Positions 29,516 to 38,815 of a stretch of 64,000 nucleotides of DNA are shown one piece after another. Under the pieces are notes generated by a model. The model was not told where the DNA came from. It did no database searches and saw only the letters and a list, made by a program, of their open reading frames with translations. A program made the translations under genes and the position numbers. Source of the DNA: Candidatus Algichlamydia australiensis (GTDB lineage: Bacteria > Chlamydiota > Chlamydiia > Chlamydiales > JAJFMI01); contig JAXCHI010000003.1 in NCBI GenBank assembly GCA_033977065.1, forward strand, positions 96,001 through 160,000, in the 5' to 3' direction. Numbering within the stretch: the stretch's first letter is position 1; the number at the start of each line of letters is the position of its first letter.

Positions 29516-30455
29516 CCCTCGTATACTCATATTTTCTACAACAGGGGTAGGTGATACTCTCTGGGGAACGCCAGCTATCCGCGCTATAAAAAAAACTTTT
29601 CCAGAAGGAAACATAACTGTTGTCACAAGCAAAGCGGGAAAAGAGCTTCTTTTGCACAATCCCTATGTAGATCAAATTATTCCCTTTGACGCACCACACT
29701 TAAAAAAAACTATCCAATCATTGAATGCGGACACCGCTCTGATTTTTCACATCTCACAGCGTATCATGATGCCATTGAGCTACTTCTCAAATGCGAGCCG
29801 TATCGTAGGATCTGCTGGCATCAATAAGGGACTAGATAGTCTACTCACACACTGCTTAGAGAAAAAATATGAACATGAAATTCAGCGCCGCCTGAGACAA
29901 GCTGAACTAATAGGAGCTTCCCCTGATGGAAGTGAAATGGAAATTTTTCTTACAGATACAGAACGCTCTCACGCACCTGCCCTCCCAAAACCTCTTATTG
30001 CAATTCACCCAGGAAGTAAAGATCTTTTTAAACAGTACCCCCCTCACCTATTTGCCGAAGTGGGGAAAAAATTATCTGGAACAGTTGTAATTACAGGAGG
30101 AAAAGACGAAGTCGCCCTTTGTGAAGAGGTTGCTAACGCTATTCCTGGTAGCACTTCTCTAGCAGGAAAATTCTCTTTACGAGAGCTTGCCGCCCTCATC
30201 GAAAAATGCAATCTTTTTATTACAAATGATACAGGACCTATGCATATCGCCTGTGCAATGAAAACAAAAACCATCGCTCTTTTTGGGCCCACTGATCCAA
30301 AACTCTGCGGTCCCTATCAAAATGAAAATACAACTGTTTTGCAGCGCTCGCCAACCTGCACGCCCTGCCTAAGAAAAAAATGTTTGGATCCTTTTTGTAT
30401 GCATCAAATTTCGCCATATGATGTGGTAAATGAGATTTCATCACTTATAGGGTAA
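29433..30455 (+). CDS. Glycosyltransferase family 9 (heptosyltransferase-like)
   Basis: GVGDTL..TPAIRAIK; IHPGS; TNDTGPMHIA; ALFGPT. Confidence 0.9.
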   Translation: MKNALVKGAISLHKLCQPKRNPLHNPTSPRILIFSTTGVGDTLWGTPAIRAIKKTFPEGNITVVTSKAGKELLLHNPYVDQIIPFDAPHLKKTIQSLNADTALIFHISQRIMMPLSYFSNASRIVGSAGINKGLDSLLTHCLEKKYEHEIQRRLRQAELIGASPDGSEMEIFLTDTERSHAPALPKPLIAIHPGSKDLFKQYPPHLFAEVGKKLSGTVVITGGKDEVALCEEVANAIPGSTSLAGKFSLRELAALIEKCNLFITNDTGPMHIACAMKTKTIALFGPTDPKLCGPYQNENTTVLQRSPTCTPCLRKKCLDPFCMHQISPYDVVNEISSLIG

Positions 30456-31084
30456 TTCTTTAAAGTTTCCATAACTCTTTCATTTGAGAAATACCAAATT
30501 GAGCTAATATCATCATTAGGGCAGGAAGAAATCTCTTCTTGATAAGCGCCAAAAGGAACGCTTCGCTCTTGGAAAAGTTGTAAAATGTCTTTATGAGAGT
30601 AAAACCAAGCCTGTCCAATATCTCTTTCTGCTGGCAGATGACCCACATCCATCATTGCACGTACATTTTCAGTTTGTCCCTTTTTCACCGACCAGTGAAA
30701 AGTCTCTTCTCTACTGATTGTTGGACGTGAAATAATCGAAAGTGAGCCAAAAATTCCCACCCCTATAAGTGTAAACAGAGTTAATTTGAGTAAGTGGGCA
30801 GCAACTAAGAGAGTTCCTGCCGCCACAACTGCGGAGACTAAAGAGGGTCCCACAATGAGCAGAGCGATTGAAAAGGCGGCTGTAAGAGCTACAGACGTGA
30901 GAAAAAAATAGAATTGAGGATCACTTGCCATTTTCCGCAAATGAATAGGGGTGTAAACACGCAATTTTTCCTTAATAGTTGCATGGGGAGCTTTTGGCAC
31001 TGGAATCTTCGGTATTTCAACTTCTTCCGGAGGAGCTCCTGTAACCCACTGTGGTTCAGCTGTATAAGTTTCTGTTCTATTCAT
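30404..31084 (-). CDS. Membrane protein with a long hydrophobic hairpin and an ankyrin-like motif (Inc-like)
   Basis: ~60-aa hydrophobic block followed by TFHWSVKKGQTENVRAMMDVG. Confidence 0.55.
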   Translation of the reverse strand: MNRTETYTAEPQWVTGAPPEEVEIPKIPVPKAPHATIKEKLRVYTPIHLRKMASDPQFYFFLTSVALTAAFSIALLIVGPSLVSAVVAAGTLLVAAHLLKLTLFTLIGVGIFGSLSIISRPTISREETFHWSVKKGQTENVRAMMDVGHLPAERDIGQAWFYSHKDILQLFQERSVPFGAYQEEISSCPNDDISSIWYFSNERVMETLKNYPISDEISFTTSYGEI

Positions 31085-31153
31085 TTTCTTTCTCTATTAT
31101 ACTGACTACTGGGTCCATTGTAGCATAAAAATTTTTAATTATAAAGGTTTTAT

Positions 31154-32107
31154 TTGATCTCTGTTGTTATTCTCAATTGGAATGGTAAAAATGATACTCT
31201 CGCATGTTTACAGTCGCTTGATAACGCTGATTATCAGCAACTTAAAACCTATGTGGTTGATAATGGCTCAACAGATAACTCGATTCAAGCTATTCAAGCG
31301 CAATTTCCCAACGTTGAGTTAATAGAGACAGGGGAAAATCTGGGGTTTGCAGGAGGCAATAATGTGGCTCTTCGCAAAATCTTACAAACAGAGACAGACT
31401 ATATTTTTCTTCTAAATAATGACACTGTTGTAAGGCCGGACATTTTTAAAAGCTTTGTTGCAAGAGCTGAAAAAGAACCGAATAGCGTCTGGGGAGGAAA
31501 ACTCTGTCTCTATGACCTTCCTGACACCCTCGATCATCTTGGAGGAATTTGGGATGAGAAGCACGCCTCTTTCCGATTAGTAGGAAATCGTGAAAAGAGT
31601 GCGCTTTTTTCAGAGCCAATCGAAATGGACTATATCTGCGGAGCTGCTCTTTTTGCGCCAAAGAGAGTTTTTGAGAAAGTTGGCTTACTAGAAGAGAAGT
31701 ACTTTTTAGTTTGGGAAGAAGCGGACTGGTGCACGCGAGCAAAGCGCGCCGGTTTTAAAATGCTTCTTTGTCCTGAAGCCACTCTTTTTCATAAAGTCTC
31801 CGCCTCTTTTCAAGACAGGGCGCACCAATCCTACTTCTCTTTTCGCAATCGCCTTCTCTTTATTGAAAGAAATTTTGAGTTAAAAGAGCGATGCAAATAC
31901 CTCTTTCGTATTTTCACAAAAGAGGTAAGCAAAAATTATAAGCACTATCAAATTCGTCTCTTTACTAGACGTGTCGGTATTGCTCTACGTAGAGATAAAC
32001 CGGAAAGAGCTGAGAAAATAAAAAAATTACGCGCACGTCTTTGCGCTTTTCGCGACTATACTTTGAGAAGATTTGGTAATTGTCCTAATTGGCTATATAA
32101 AAAATAG
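31154..32107 (+). CDS. Glycosyltransferase family 2 (rhamnosyltransferase-like)
   Basis: VVILNWNG; VVDNGSTD; NLGFAGGNN; LLNND; EEADWC. Confidence 0.92.
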   Translation: MISVVILNWNGKNDTLACLQSLDNADYQQLKTYVVDNGSTDNSIQAIQAQFPNVELIETGENLGFAGGNNVALRKILQTETDYIFLLNNDTVVRPDIFKSFVARAEKEPNSVWGGKLCLYDLPDTLDHLGGIWDEKHASFRLVGNREKSALFSEPIEMDYICGAALFAPKRVFEKVGLLEEKYFLVWEEADWCTRAKRAGFKMLLCPEATLFHKVSASFQDRAHQSYFSFRNRLLFIERNFELKERCKYLFRIFTKEVSKNYKHYQIRLFTRRVGIALRRDKPERAEKIKKLRARLCAFRDYTLRRFGNCPNWLYKK

Positions 32108-32143
32108 ACCTCGATTGTTATAATCAGGACAAAACGGGTGTAA

Positions 32144-33064
32144 ATGATTTTGAAAAGAGTTTTTTCTTGTCTGTTTCTTTTGCTTCTCTTTGCAGGATGC
32201 GAAAAGAACCAAGCAGTTATCACAAATGTTGAAGAGCGTGAAGCAAATGTTGTCGTTGTTTTCTTAGAGAGCAAAGGAATTCCGGCAATGAAAGTCAAAG
32301 CTGCCTCTTCTGAAGGAGCTGCTGCCGGCGATAGCACAAAGTCCATGTTCAACATTATTGTTCCCGAGACACAAGCTGTTGATGCAATGTCTTATCTCAA
32401 CCAAGCGGGTCTACCAAGAAAGCAGGGAACAAACCTCTTGCAACTCTTTTCTAAACAGGGACTGATGTCTTCGGATAAAGAGGAGACGATTCGCTACCAA
32501 GCGGGTCTTGCGCAGCAAATTACAAATATCATTTTGCGCATGGATGGCGTGCTCGACGCATCTGTGCAGATCTCTTTTCCTCCGCAAGAGACTCTTCCTG
32601 GAGAAGAGCAGACAGAGCAGATCACAGCAGCTGTCTACGTAAAGCATCAAGGGATTTTTGAAGATCCCAACATGCAGATGGAGAGCAAGATCAAGCGTCT
32701 AGTTTCAGGAAGCGTGTCAGGTCTTGATATCAATGATGTGACCGTTGTCAGTGATAAAGCGCGTTACACAGATATTGCGATCGATCAGCAAGCTGAGTGG
32801 CTCTCTGATCAACCCCGTGAATATGTGAGCATCTGGTCAGTTGTTATGAGCCAGAGCTCTGCAGGCCGTTTTCGCTTTATTTTCTTTACACTCCTCTTCT
32901 TTACATTCACATTTGTCATTTTGGCGGGTTGGATGGCGTGGAAGCTCTATCCCGTAATTAAAAGAAAAGGATTTAAAGAGATTTTGAATCCCAAACCAAT
33001 TTTGATGAAAGAGCTGCAGCCAGAAGAGCAGCCTGCTCCTGAACCTCCTGAAAGCGAGGGATAG
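32144..33064 (+). CDS. sctJ: T3SS inner-membrane ring lipoprotein
   Basis: Lipobox FAGC; EREAN; GLP; MDGVLDASVQI; C-terminal TM helix. Confidence 0.93.
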   Translation: MILKRVFSCLFLLLLFAGCEKNQAVITNVEEREANVVVVFLESKGIPAMKVKAASSEGAAAGDSTKSMFNIIVPETQAVDAMSYLNQAGLPRKQGTNLLQLFSKQGLMSSDKEETIRYQAGLAQQITNIILRMDGVLDASVQISFPPQETLPGEEQTEQITAAVYVKHQGIFEDPNMQMESKIKRLVSGSVSGLDINDVTVVSDKARYTDIAIDQQAEWLSDQPREYVSIWSVVMSQSSAGRFRFIFFTLLFFTFTFVILAGWMAWKLYPVIKRKGFKEILNPKPILMKELQPEEQPAPEPPESEG

Positions 33065-33070
33065 AGGCTC

Positions 33071-33880
33071 ATGGATTTTGTCCTAGCTCACTATCTGCAA
33101 ACTCTTACAGAAGAGCAGCGCAGCAAGCTTGCTTCTTATTATGAAGGGCAAATTCCAACTGTTGAAGATGCAGAAAAGCTCCCCCTCACAGAAGATATTT
33201 TGCGAAGCATTCATCCGAGTTGGCTAGAGCCTATTATTCATAATTTTAGCTATGGAGATAAGAGAGCTTTTCTTTCTGTGTTAACAGAAGAACAATCCAA
33301 AACAATAAAAGAGGAACTGCGTATCGAAGAGCCTCTAAAAGAGCCCTCTTCTCTTTTAACAAAGTTTCTTCTGCAAACATTGGCAAAAGCACTTTTAGAA
33401 GATGCGCCCCCCCTAGCTCCGCTAATTCCTAAGGCTCCTTTGAATGAACTTCTCAACCTGACAGAGCAGCAGTTGGAACAAGTATGTTCCTTTTTAGGAT
33501 TACACGATCTCGCATCAGACATAAAAAAAATCATTCAATCGGATAAGCTAAAAAGAATTGAAGAAATCCTTTCAGCTGATGAGAAGAAGCACTTAAAAGA
33601 GCTATTAAAAACAAAAGAAATTGTTACTTTTGGCTCTCTTAATTTACAAAATTGGGATGGAAAAGCAGAGAGTCTGCGTGAAGTCTTGCGAGCGCGGGGT
33701 CTAAATCGACTCGCTAAGGCGCTTTACAATGCATGCCCTACTTTGATCTGGCTTTTGACACACCGCATGGAAAAATCTCATGCAGAAATGTTGCAAAAGC
33801 TCTGCGTTGATCCAAAAAATGTGATGGCACAAGAGGCACTGCAGGAGCAAGTGATGACAATCATCAAGGAGTACTCATGA
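33071..33880 (+). CDS. T3SS-associated protein between sctJ and sctL (SctK position)
   Basis: Position; IHPSWL and FLGLHDLA motifs. Confidence 0.7.
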   Translation: MDFVLAHYLQTLTEEQRSKLASYYEGQIPTVEDAEKLPLTEDILRSIHPSWLEPIIHNFSYGDKRAFLSVLTEEQSKTIKEELRIEEPLKEPSSLLTKFLLQTLAKALLEDAPPLAPLIPKAPLNELLNLTEQQLEQVCSFLGLHDLASDIKKIIQSDKLKRIEEILSADEKKHLKELLKTKEIVTFGSLNLQNWDGKAESLREVLRARGLNRLAKALYNACPTLIWLLTHRMEKSHAEMLQKLCVDPKNVMAQEALQEQVMTIIKEYS

Positions 33881-34506
33881 AACTCTTTTCTCTAATTGAA
33901 GATGGTGAAATCCACCTAGAAGAGGGAAAAAAAATTCTTACACAAGAGGAGTTTGCCACACTTTTAGACGCTAAAGGCGTTCTCGATAAAGCGAAAAAAG
34001 ATGCTGAGACCTATATGAAGGGTGTCAAGACGCGCGCAGCAAAACTACGCGTATCGGCAAAAGAGGAGGGTTTTGCTGAAGGACTTAACCGTATAAATGC
34101 TCAAATTGTCGCTCTTGATCAAAAAGTAAAAGAGATCGAGCATGAAATGCAAAAAAAGATCCTCCCTTTAGCATTAAAAGCAGCTAAGAAAATTTTTGGC
34201 CGTGAGCTTAATCTCTCTTCTGAAGCAATTGTCGACATTGTATTGCAAACATTAAAGCCTGTAAAAGAGAGTCACAAAATAAAAATTTTGGTGAACAAGG
34301 AAGACTTAAAAACTTTAGAGAAAGAGAAAGCAAAACTACGCGAAATGTTAGAATATGTAGAAATTCTCACACTTGAAGAGCGGAGTGATTTGGAAAAGGG
34401 AGATTGTATCATCGAAACAGAAGGTGGCATTATCAATGCGACACTAGAAAATCAGTGGCGCGCATTGGAGTCTGCATTTAAAACGTATCTAGAGCCGAAG
34501 AAATGA
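33877..34506 (+). CDS. sctL: T3SS stator protein
   Basis: AKEEGFAEG; GDCIIETEGGIINA. Confidence 0.92.
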   Translation: MKLFSLIEDGEIHLEEGKKILTQEEFATLLDAKGVLDKAKKDAETYMKGVKTRAAKLRVSAKEEGFAEGLNRINAQIVALDQKVKEIEHEMQKKILPLALKAAKKIFGRELNLSSEAIVDIVLQTLKPVKESHKIKILVNKEDLKTLEKEKAKLREMLEYVEILTLEERSDLEKGDCIIETEGGIINATLENQWRALESAFKTYLEPKK

Positions 34507-35300
34507 GTAAAAAGATTCCTCTCTTTCTCTTTTTTGCCGTAATCCTCTTTACTTTCGCTCTTCCTGGTCAGGAGGAACTTCTCCCTGGCGCGCAAGATCT
34601 TTTGGCGCAGACAACAGGTAGTGACCCCTCTGAAGCGATGCCCAATGTGGTTTCACAAATGGCAATCCTCTTTGGATTCGCTATTCTTCCATTTGCGATC
34701 ATGCTTCTCACCTCATTTTTGAAGATGGTCATCGTCATGTCGCTCATGAGAAGTGCCCTTGGCGTGCAAAACTCTCCTCCTAACCAAGCGATTATTGGAA
34801 TTTCTCTGCTCCTAACTATCTATGTAATGGCTCCTACTGGAATTGCCATGTGGGAAGCCTCAGAAGAGCTACGAGAAAAAGCGCCCCCTGAGCTCTTTTC
34901 AGGTAAGTCTGCTGGATTTATGATCGCCATGGTGGATGTAACAAAAGAGCCTCTACGGCAATTTTTAGAACGCAATACCTACCCGCAGCACGAACGCTAC
35001 TTCTATCAACTTGCGTATAAAAATTTCCCTGAAAGTGTAAGGAAAAACCTTAAACTTAACGACTTTATCGTCCTGATGCCCTCCTTTATTACGACACAAA
35101 TTAAAGCGGCATTTGAAATAGGCGTCTTGATTTATCTCCCATTTTTTGTCATCGACCTTGTCACTTCCAACATTCTCCTTGCTATGGGAATGATGATGCT
35201 CTCCCCTCTCACAATCTCCCTACCCTTAAAGCTACTTCTTCTTGTGATGGTAGATGGCTGGACACTCGTAGTAAGAGGACTTGTTCTTACATATAGGTAA
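34503..35300 (+). CDS. sctR: T3SS export apparatus protein
   Basis: TSFLK..ALGVQNSPPNQ; AFEIGVLIYLPFFVIDL; DGW. Confidence 0.95.
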   Translation: MSKKIPLFLFFAVILFTFALPGQEELLPGAQDLLAQTTGSDPSEAMPNVVSQMAILFGFAILPFAIMLLTSFLKMVIVMSLMRSALGVQNSPPNQAIIGISLLLTIYVMAPTGIAMWEASEELREKAPPELFSGKSAGFMIAMVDVTKEPLRQFLERNTYPQHERYFYQLAYKNFPESVRKNLKLNDFIVLMPSFITTQIKAAFEIGVLIYLPFFVIDLVTSNILLAMGMMMLSPLTISLPLKLLLLVMVDGWTLVVRGLVLTYR

Positions 35301-35306
35301 TAAGAG

Positions 35307-35576
35307 ATGTTTCAAAGTGAAATTTATCAACTATCGTATCAAGCGCTTCTCTTGATTCTTGTTCTTTCAGGACCACCTATCTTAATTAGCATGACCTTTG
35401 GACTATTTGTTGCCGTTTTTCAAGCTGCAACGCAAATCCAAGAGCAAACTCTCTCTTTTACAGTAAAACTCTTTGCTGTCTTTCTTACGATCATGATCAT
35501 GGGAGGATTTTTAAGTTCACAGATCATGCAGTTTGCGGCAACTATTTTTGAAAATTTCTTTCGATGGGGAACTTAA
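35307..35576 (+). CDS. sctS: T3SS export apparatus protein
   Basis: QAATQIQEQTLSFTVKL. Confidence 0.95.
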   Translation: MFQSEIYQLSYQALLLILVLSGPPILISMTFGLFVAVFQAATQIQEQTLSFTVKLFAVFLTIMIMGGFLSSQIMQFAATIFENFFRWGT

Positions 35577-36418
35577 TACCTGCAGAGAGCGGCTGGCTCT
35601 ACGCCATTTTTTCTAATCCCGTGATGACACCAAGTGGCGTTCTCACCATGTACCTTTTGATCTTTGCGCGCTTTGTCCCTGTTGTTTCGCAATGTCCTTT
35701 TTTGGGAGCAAAAGTTGCGCCAGCTCCTATTCGCATCGGCTTTGCTTTCTCCCTTGCCGCAGTTATTCTTCCTTTTTCTATTGCAGGAGCGACAAAGGAT
35801 GTGCCCTTCAATGCGAGTTTTGTTGGGTTAATTTCTAAAGAGATTATTATAGGTTTTGTTCTCGGTTATCTCTCATCTATACCATTTTATATGGTGCAGT
35901 CCTCAGGGATCTTAATCGACTTTCAGCGCGGCTCCTCCTCAATGATGCAGCAGGACCCTACTTTGCAAGGACAATCCTCACCTCTTGGAATACTATTTAA
36001 TAACATACTCATCGTAATCTTTTTTCAAATTGGCGGGGCATTCTATTTTATGAGTGCCATCTTTCAATCATTTGAAATTGTCCCTCCCAATGGATGGATA
36101 AGCGCAGCATTTTTCTCAGCTAAAATGCCGATCTGGCAAGAAATAACTGGGCTTATGCACCAAATCGTTGCGATATCCATACAGCTTGCTGCTCCCTCTC
36201 TCGTGGCAATACTAATGGCAGAAGCCTTTTTAGGAATCGCAAACCGTCTCGCACCACAAGTACAAATCGCTTTCCTTGGAATGTCCCTGCGCTCGCTCCT
36301 TGGCTTAGCGCTCCTCTTCTTAGGCTGGGCCTTTATCCTCAAACAGATGGGCTATGTGACTCTTGATTGGTTAAAAGAGCTTTTAAAACAGCTGATAAAT
36401 GTGAATCTTTCTTTCTAA
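35564..36418 (+). CDS. sctT: T3SS export apparatus protein
   Basis: GILIDFQRG; FLGIANRLAPQVQI. Confidence 0.93.
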   Translation: MGNLIPAESGWLYAIFSNPVMTPSGVLTMYLLIFARFVPVVSQCPFLGAKVAPAPIRIGFAFSLAAVILPFSIAGATKDVPFNASFVGLISKEIIIGFVLGYLSSIPFYMVQSSGILIDFQRGSSSMMQQDPTLQGQSSPLGILFNNILIVIFFQIGGAFYFMSAIFQSFEIVPPNGWISAAFFSAKMPIWQEITGLMHQIVAISIQLAAPSLVAILMAEAFLGIANRLAPQVQIAFLGMSLRSLLGLALLFLGWAFILKQMGYVTLDWLKELLKQLINVNLSF

Positions 36419-36467
36419 ATGGATTACCTAAGATATTTAAGGTAGTTTAAAATTAGACCGGTAAAAC

Positions 36468-36502
36468 AAAAAAAAGCCTGGGCGATTTCTACCCAGGCTT
36501 TT
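36468..36502. terminator. Bidirectional intrinsic terminator
   Basis: A8-GCCTGGG..CCCAGGC-TTTT between convergent sctT and 36543-37043. Confidence 0.85.
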
Positions 36503-36542
36503 AGATTTTTAAGCAATTAAGCAAGAAAATTTAGTCGCAAGC

Positions 36543-37043
36543 TTAAGCTGCGTCATCTTCTTTTGGTTTATTTGCTTCGTCTGCTTTTTCTTTTTCATTA
36601 GCTAATCTAGCTTCAGCACTAACTATTCTATCATCTGCAGCTTTAACTTCTTCTTCTGAAGCATCTTCTGCCAAGTCAGCCCTCGCTTGTTCAGCTGCTG
36701 CTAATTCCTCTTCTGCCTTTTTGACTGGATCTTCAGTTTTATCTCCTTCTTTTGTCTTCGCAAGACCTCCTAATCCTGGAATTGATGCAACTGCGTTTAT
36801 TACTTTAGTCGCAAGTCTGCTCACAAGTGATGCGTCCTCTTTTTCATCAGACAAATTTTTAGTTACGGCATCGGCTATTTCTTTAGGATCAGGTTTAGCT
36901 GTCCATCTTCCCAAAACAAATCCTGCAAAAAATGTCAGGCCTATTCCTACCACTAGAATTGTTGTTCCTTTTGGGTTCTCTGTAAAAAGCTTAATTGCAT
37001 GGTTGTTTGCATCTCCTATTGATTTCAACGCTGCTGAAGCCAT
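36543..37043 (-). CDS. Single-TM protein with an acidic Ala/Glu/Lys coiled-coil tail
   Basis: TM ILVVGIGLTFFAGFVLG; strong promoter, AGGAG RBS and own terminator. Confidence 0.8.
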   Translation of the reverse strand: MASAALKSIGDANNHAIKLFTENPKGTTILVVGIGLTFFAGFVLGRWTAKPDPKEIADAVTKNLSDEKEDASLVSRLATKVINAVASIPGLGGLAKTKEGDKTEDPVKKAEEELAAAEQARADLAEDASEEEVKAADDRIVSAEARLANEKEKADEANKPKEDDAA

Positions 37044-37074
37044 ATGTATCTCCTGGTTTAGGTTTTAAGAGATG

Positions 37075-37103
37075 ATTATATAAAGAAAAAATCAAAGCGT
37101 CAA
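37075..37103 (-). promoter_or_regulatory. Near-consensus sigma70/66 promoter
   Basis: TTGACG-N17-TATAAT. Confidence 0.75.
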
Positions 37104-37162
37104 CATTTTTTCGTTAATAAATGAGAATAAGTTTGCTTTTGCAAACAGGGAAACTTTTGAGC

Positions 37163-37192
37163 AAAAAAAAACCTGGACATTACTGTCCAGGT
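37163..37192 (-). terminator. Intrinsic terminator of the OMP gene
   Basis: ACCTGGACA/TGTCCAGGT stem followed by a T tract on the minus strand. Confidence 0.85.
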
Positions 37193-37222
37193 CTCTATTC
37201 AAACCTTAAGCAAGGCTAAGAA

Positions 37223-38404
37223 TTAGAATCCAAAGCGGAACTTCAAAGTAAACCCTTGGATATTTAGATTTCCGTGGTTACCTTCTTCGTAGATTCCGTA
37301 GAATTGGTTCATATTCCACCATGCTTGCTCTTCCCATCCAGCTTGGATTTGGAAGTGGTAAGCATCGTCACATGACCACATTTCCCAACGTAGTCCTAAA
37401 CCTAGCTCTAGCACAGGAATGATTGTGTGGAATTCATTTTCTGTGTAGAAGTTTGTGTACGCTGCTGTGTTATCAGCTATGTTATCGTCACTTGTGTCAC
37501 GACGGCATGTTTGGAACTGACTCCATAGAGCAGATAGTGCTACGTTACCGTAGATTGCCCAACTTTTTGTGAAGTACCATGCAGTATCGAATCCTGTACG
37601 GATACCAAAACCCCAATAGTCCATCTCTTGCTTGATGCGAGTCAACTCTTCAACACCACCCTGTCCATCTGTAGTAGTATAAGAGTTCTCATATCTTTGT
37701 GACTGCCAGGTTCCTTTGAAACCGAAGTGTGGTCTCATTGAAAGATACTGACTTACAAAGAAGTTACGTCCAAGATTCAAATCAATTGTTTGGAAGTGTA
37801 GGTCCCAAGTAGTTGAAGCAGCTGTCAACACGCTGTCCGGAGCAAATAAGTTACCTGGTCCTACTGCACCAGCCTGGCGTGTAAACCAGTTTGGTCCAAG
37901 TCTTGAGGTATCAAAATCGGTAAAGCTTGTTGAATCTTTTGCATCATCTGTGAACAACCATGTGTACTCAGCTTTTACATCCCATGCATCGTGGTCAAGC
38001 ATCAAAGCTAGGTCCACTTTGAAACCAGGATCAAAACCAAAGTCAGGATGCTTTACGCTTCCTTTTGGAATTGTTGTGTTAGCTGTGCGATCGTTTACGC
38101 TTGCCCAGTTAGTCGCAGCATAAGCAAGACCCTCTTGACGAGCTGTCCAGTAAATAAAGTCCGCTGAGATAGCTAGGTCAACACCACAAGCTACTCTTGG
38201 TCCTGCTGGTGGCAGGAATGCCATGTTTAAGCAAAGTCCAGGCATGCCATAAGCTTCTTCGTCGCAAGGAGCGCAAGTTGGCGGTGGTGGACATTTTGGC
38301 GGACAACTCGGTGTACCACAGCCGGAAGAACCGCTGTTGTAATCACCGTTTAGGCCTGCACCTGTTAAAAGGAGCAAACCCGCTAAAGGTAACATTTTTT
38401 TCAT
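37223..38404 (-). CDS. MOMP-like beta-barrel with a Cys/Pro-rich N-terminus
   Basis: Signal peptide; DFIYWTARQEGL; PGFKV; GWEEQAWW; ends FRFGF. Confidence 0.88.
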   Translation of the reverse strand: MKKMLPLAGLLLLTGAGLNGDYNSGSSGCGTPSCPPKCPPPPTCAPCDEEAYGMPGLCLNMAFLPPAGPRVACGVDLAISADFIYWTARQEGLAYAATNWASVNDRTANTTIPKGSVKHPDFGFDPGFKVDLALMLDHDAWDVKAEYTWLFTDDAKDSTSFTDFDTSRLGPNWFTRQAGAVGPGNLFAPDSVLTAASTTWDLHFQTIDLNLGRNFFVSQYLSMRPHFGFKGTWQSQRYENSYTTTDGQGGVEELTRIKQEMDYWGFGIRTGFDTAWYFTKSWAIYGNVALSALWSQFQTCRRDTSDDNIADNTAAYTNFYTENEFHTIIPVLELGLGLRWEMWSCDDAYHFQIQAGWEEQAWWNMNQFYGIYEEGNHGNLNIQGFTLKFRFGF

Positions 38405-38513
38405 TCTGTACTCCAACCCTATATGGTTTATTTTAATGTAATCTCCATGATTAACCTAAACAATTGATGCTGTCAACACCTTTTTTGTTTTGGCTATCAT
38501 TTTCGGAGACATC

Positions 38514-38791
38514 GAATAATGCATTCACCAACATTCTGGCCGAAAAATTCTTGAGAGCCCTATTTTTAATCTCTACCAATTTCAAAATATGTTGGTCGAG
38601 ATTTCCGACTAGCGCTTTTTGGACTTTTCAGCTCACCCTGTTGACAAAACAGTTGTTCAATGGCTCCTTCGCAAGCATTCTTGCAAATCTTGCGTAAGTA
38701 TTCACCAGGAGTCCTGGAATTATTTCCAGGTAGTCTACTTCCTGGAGAACACTTACGCGCAGAAAAAAGCAAAAAACCTTCTCCTGCCATT
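38514..38791. repeat. Two adjacent imperfect palindromic elements (38514-38658, 38659-38791)
   Basis: Centres ATCTC.ACCAA..TTGGT.GAGAT and CCTGGAA-ttat-TTCCAGG; arms GCGTAAGT/ACTTACGC and AATGGC/GCCATT. Confidence 0.65.
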
Positions 38792-38815
38792 CAGGACCAT
38801 ACTAGCATAGTTGAA

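Noticed and set aside
32144..36418. Partial T3SS cluster as a novelty
   Set aside because: Chlamydial T3SS genes are split over several loci, and sctJ-L-R-S-T is a standard one.
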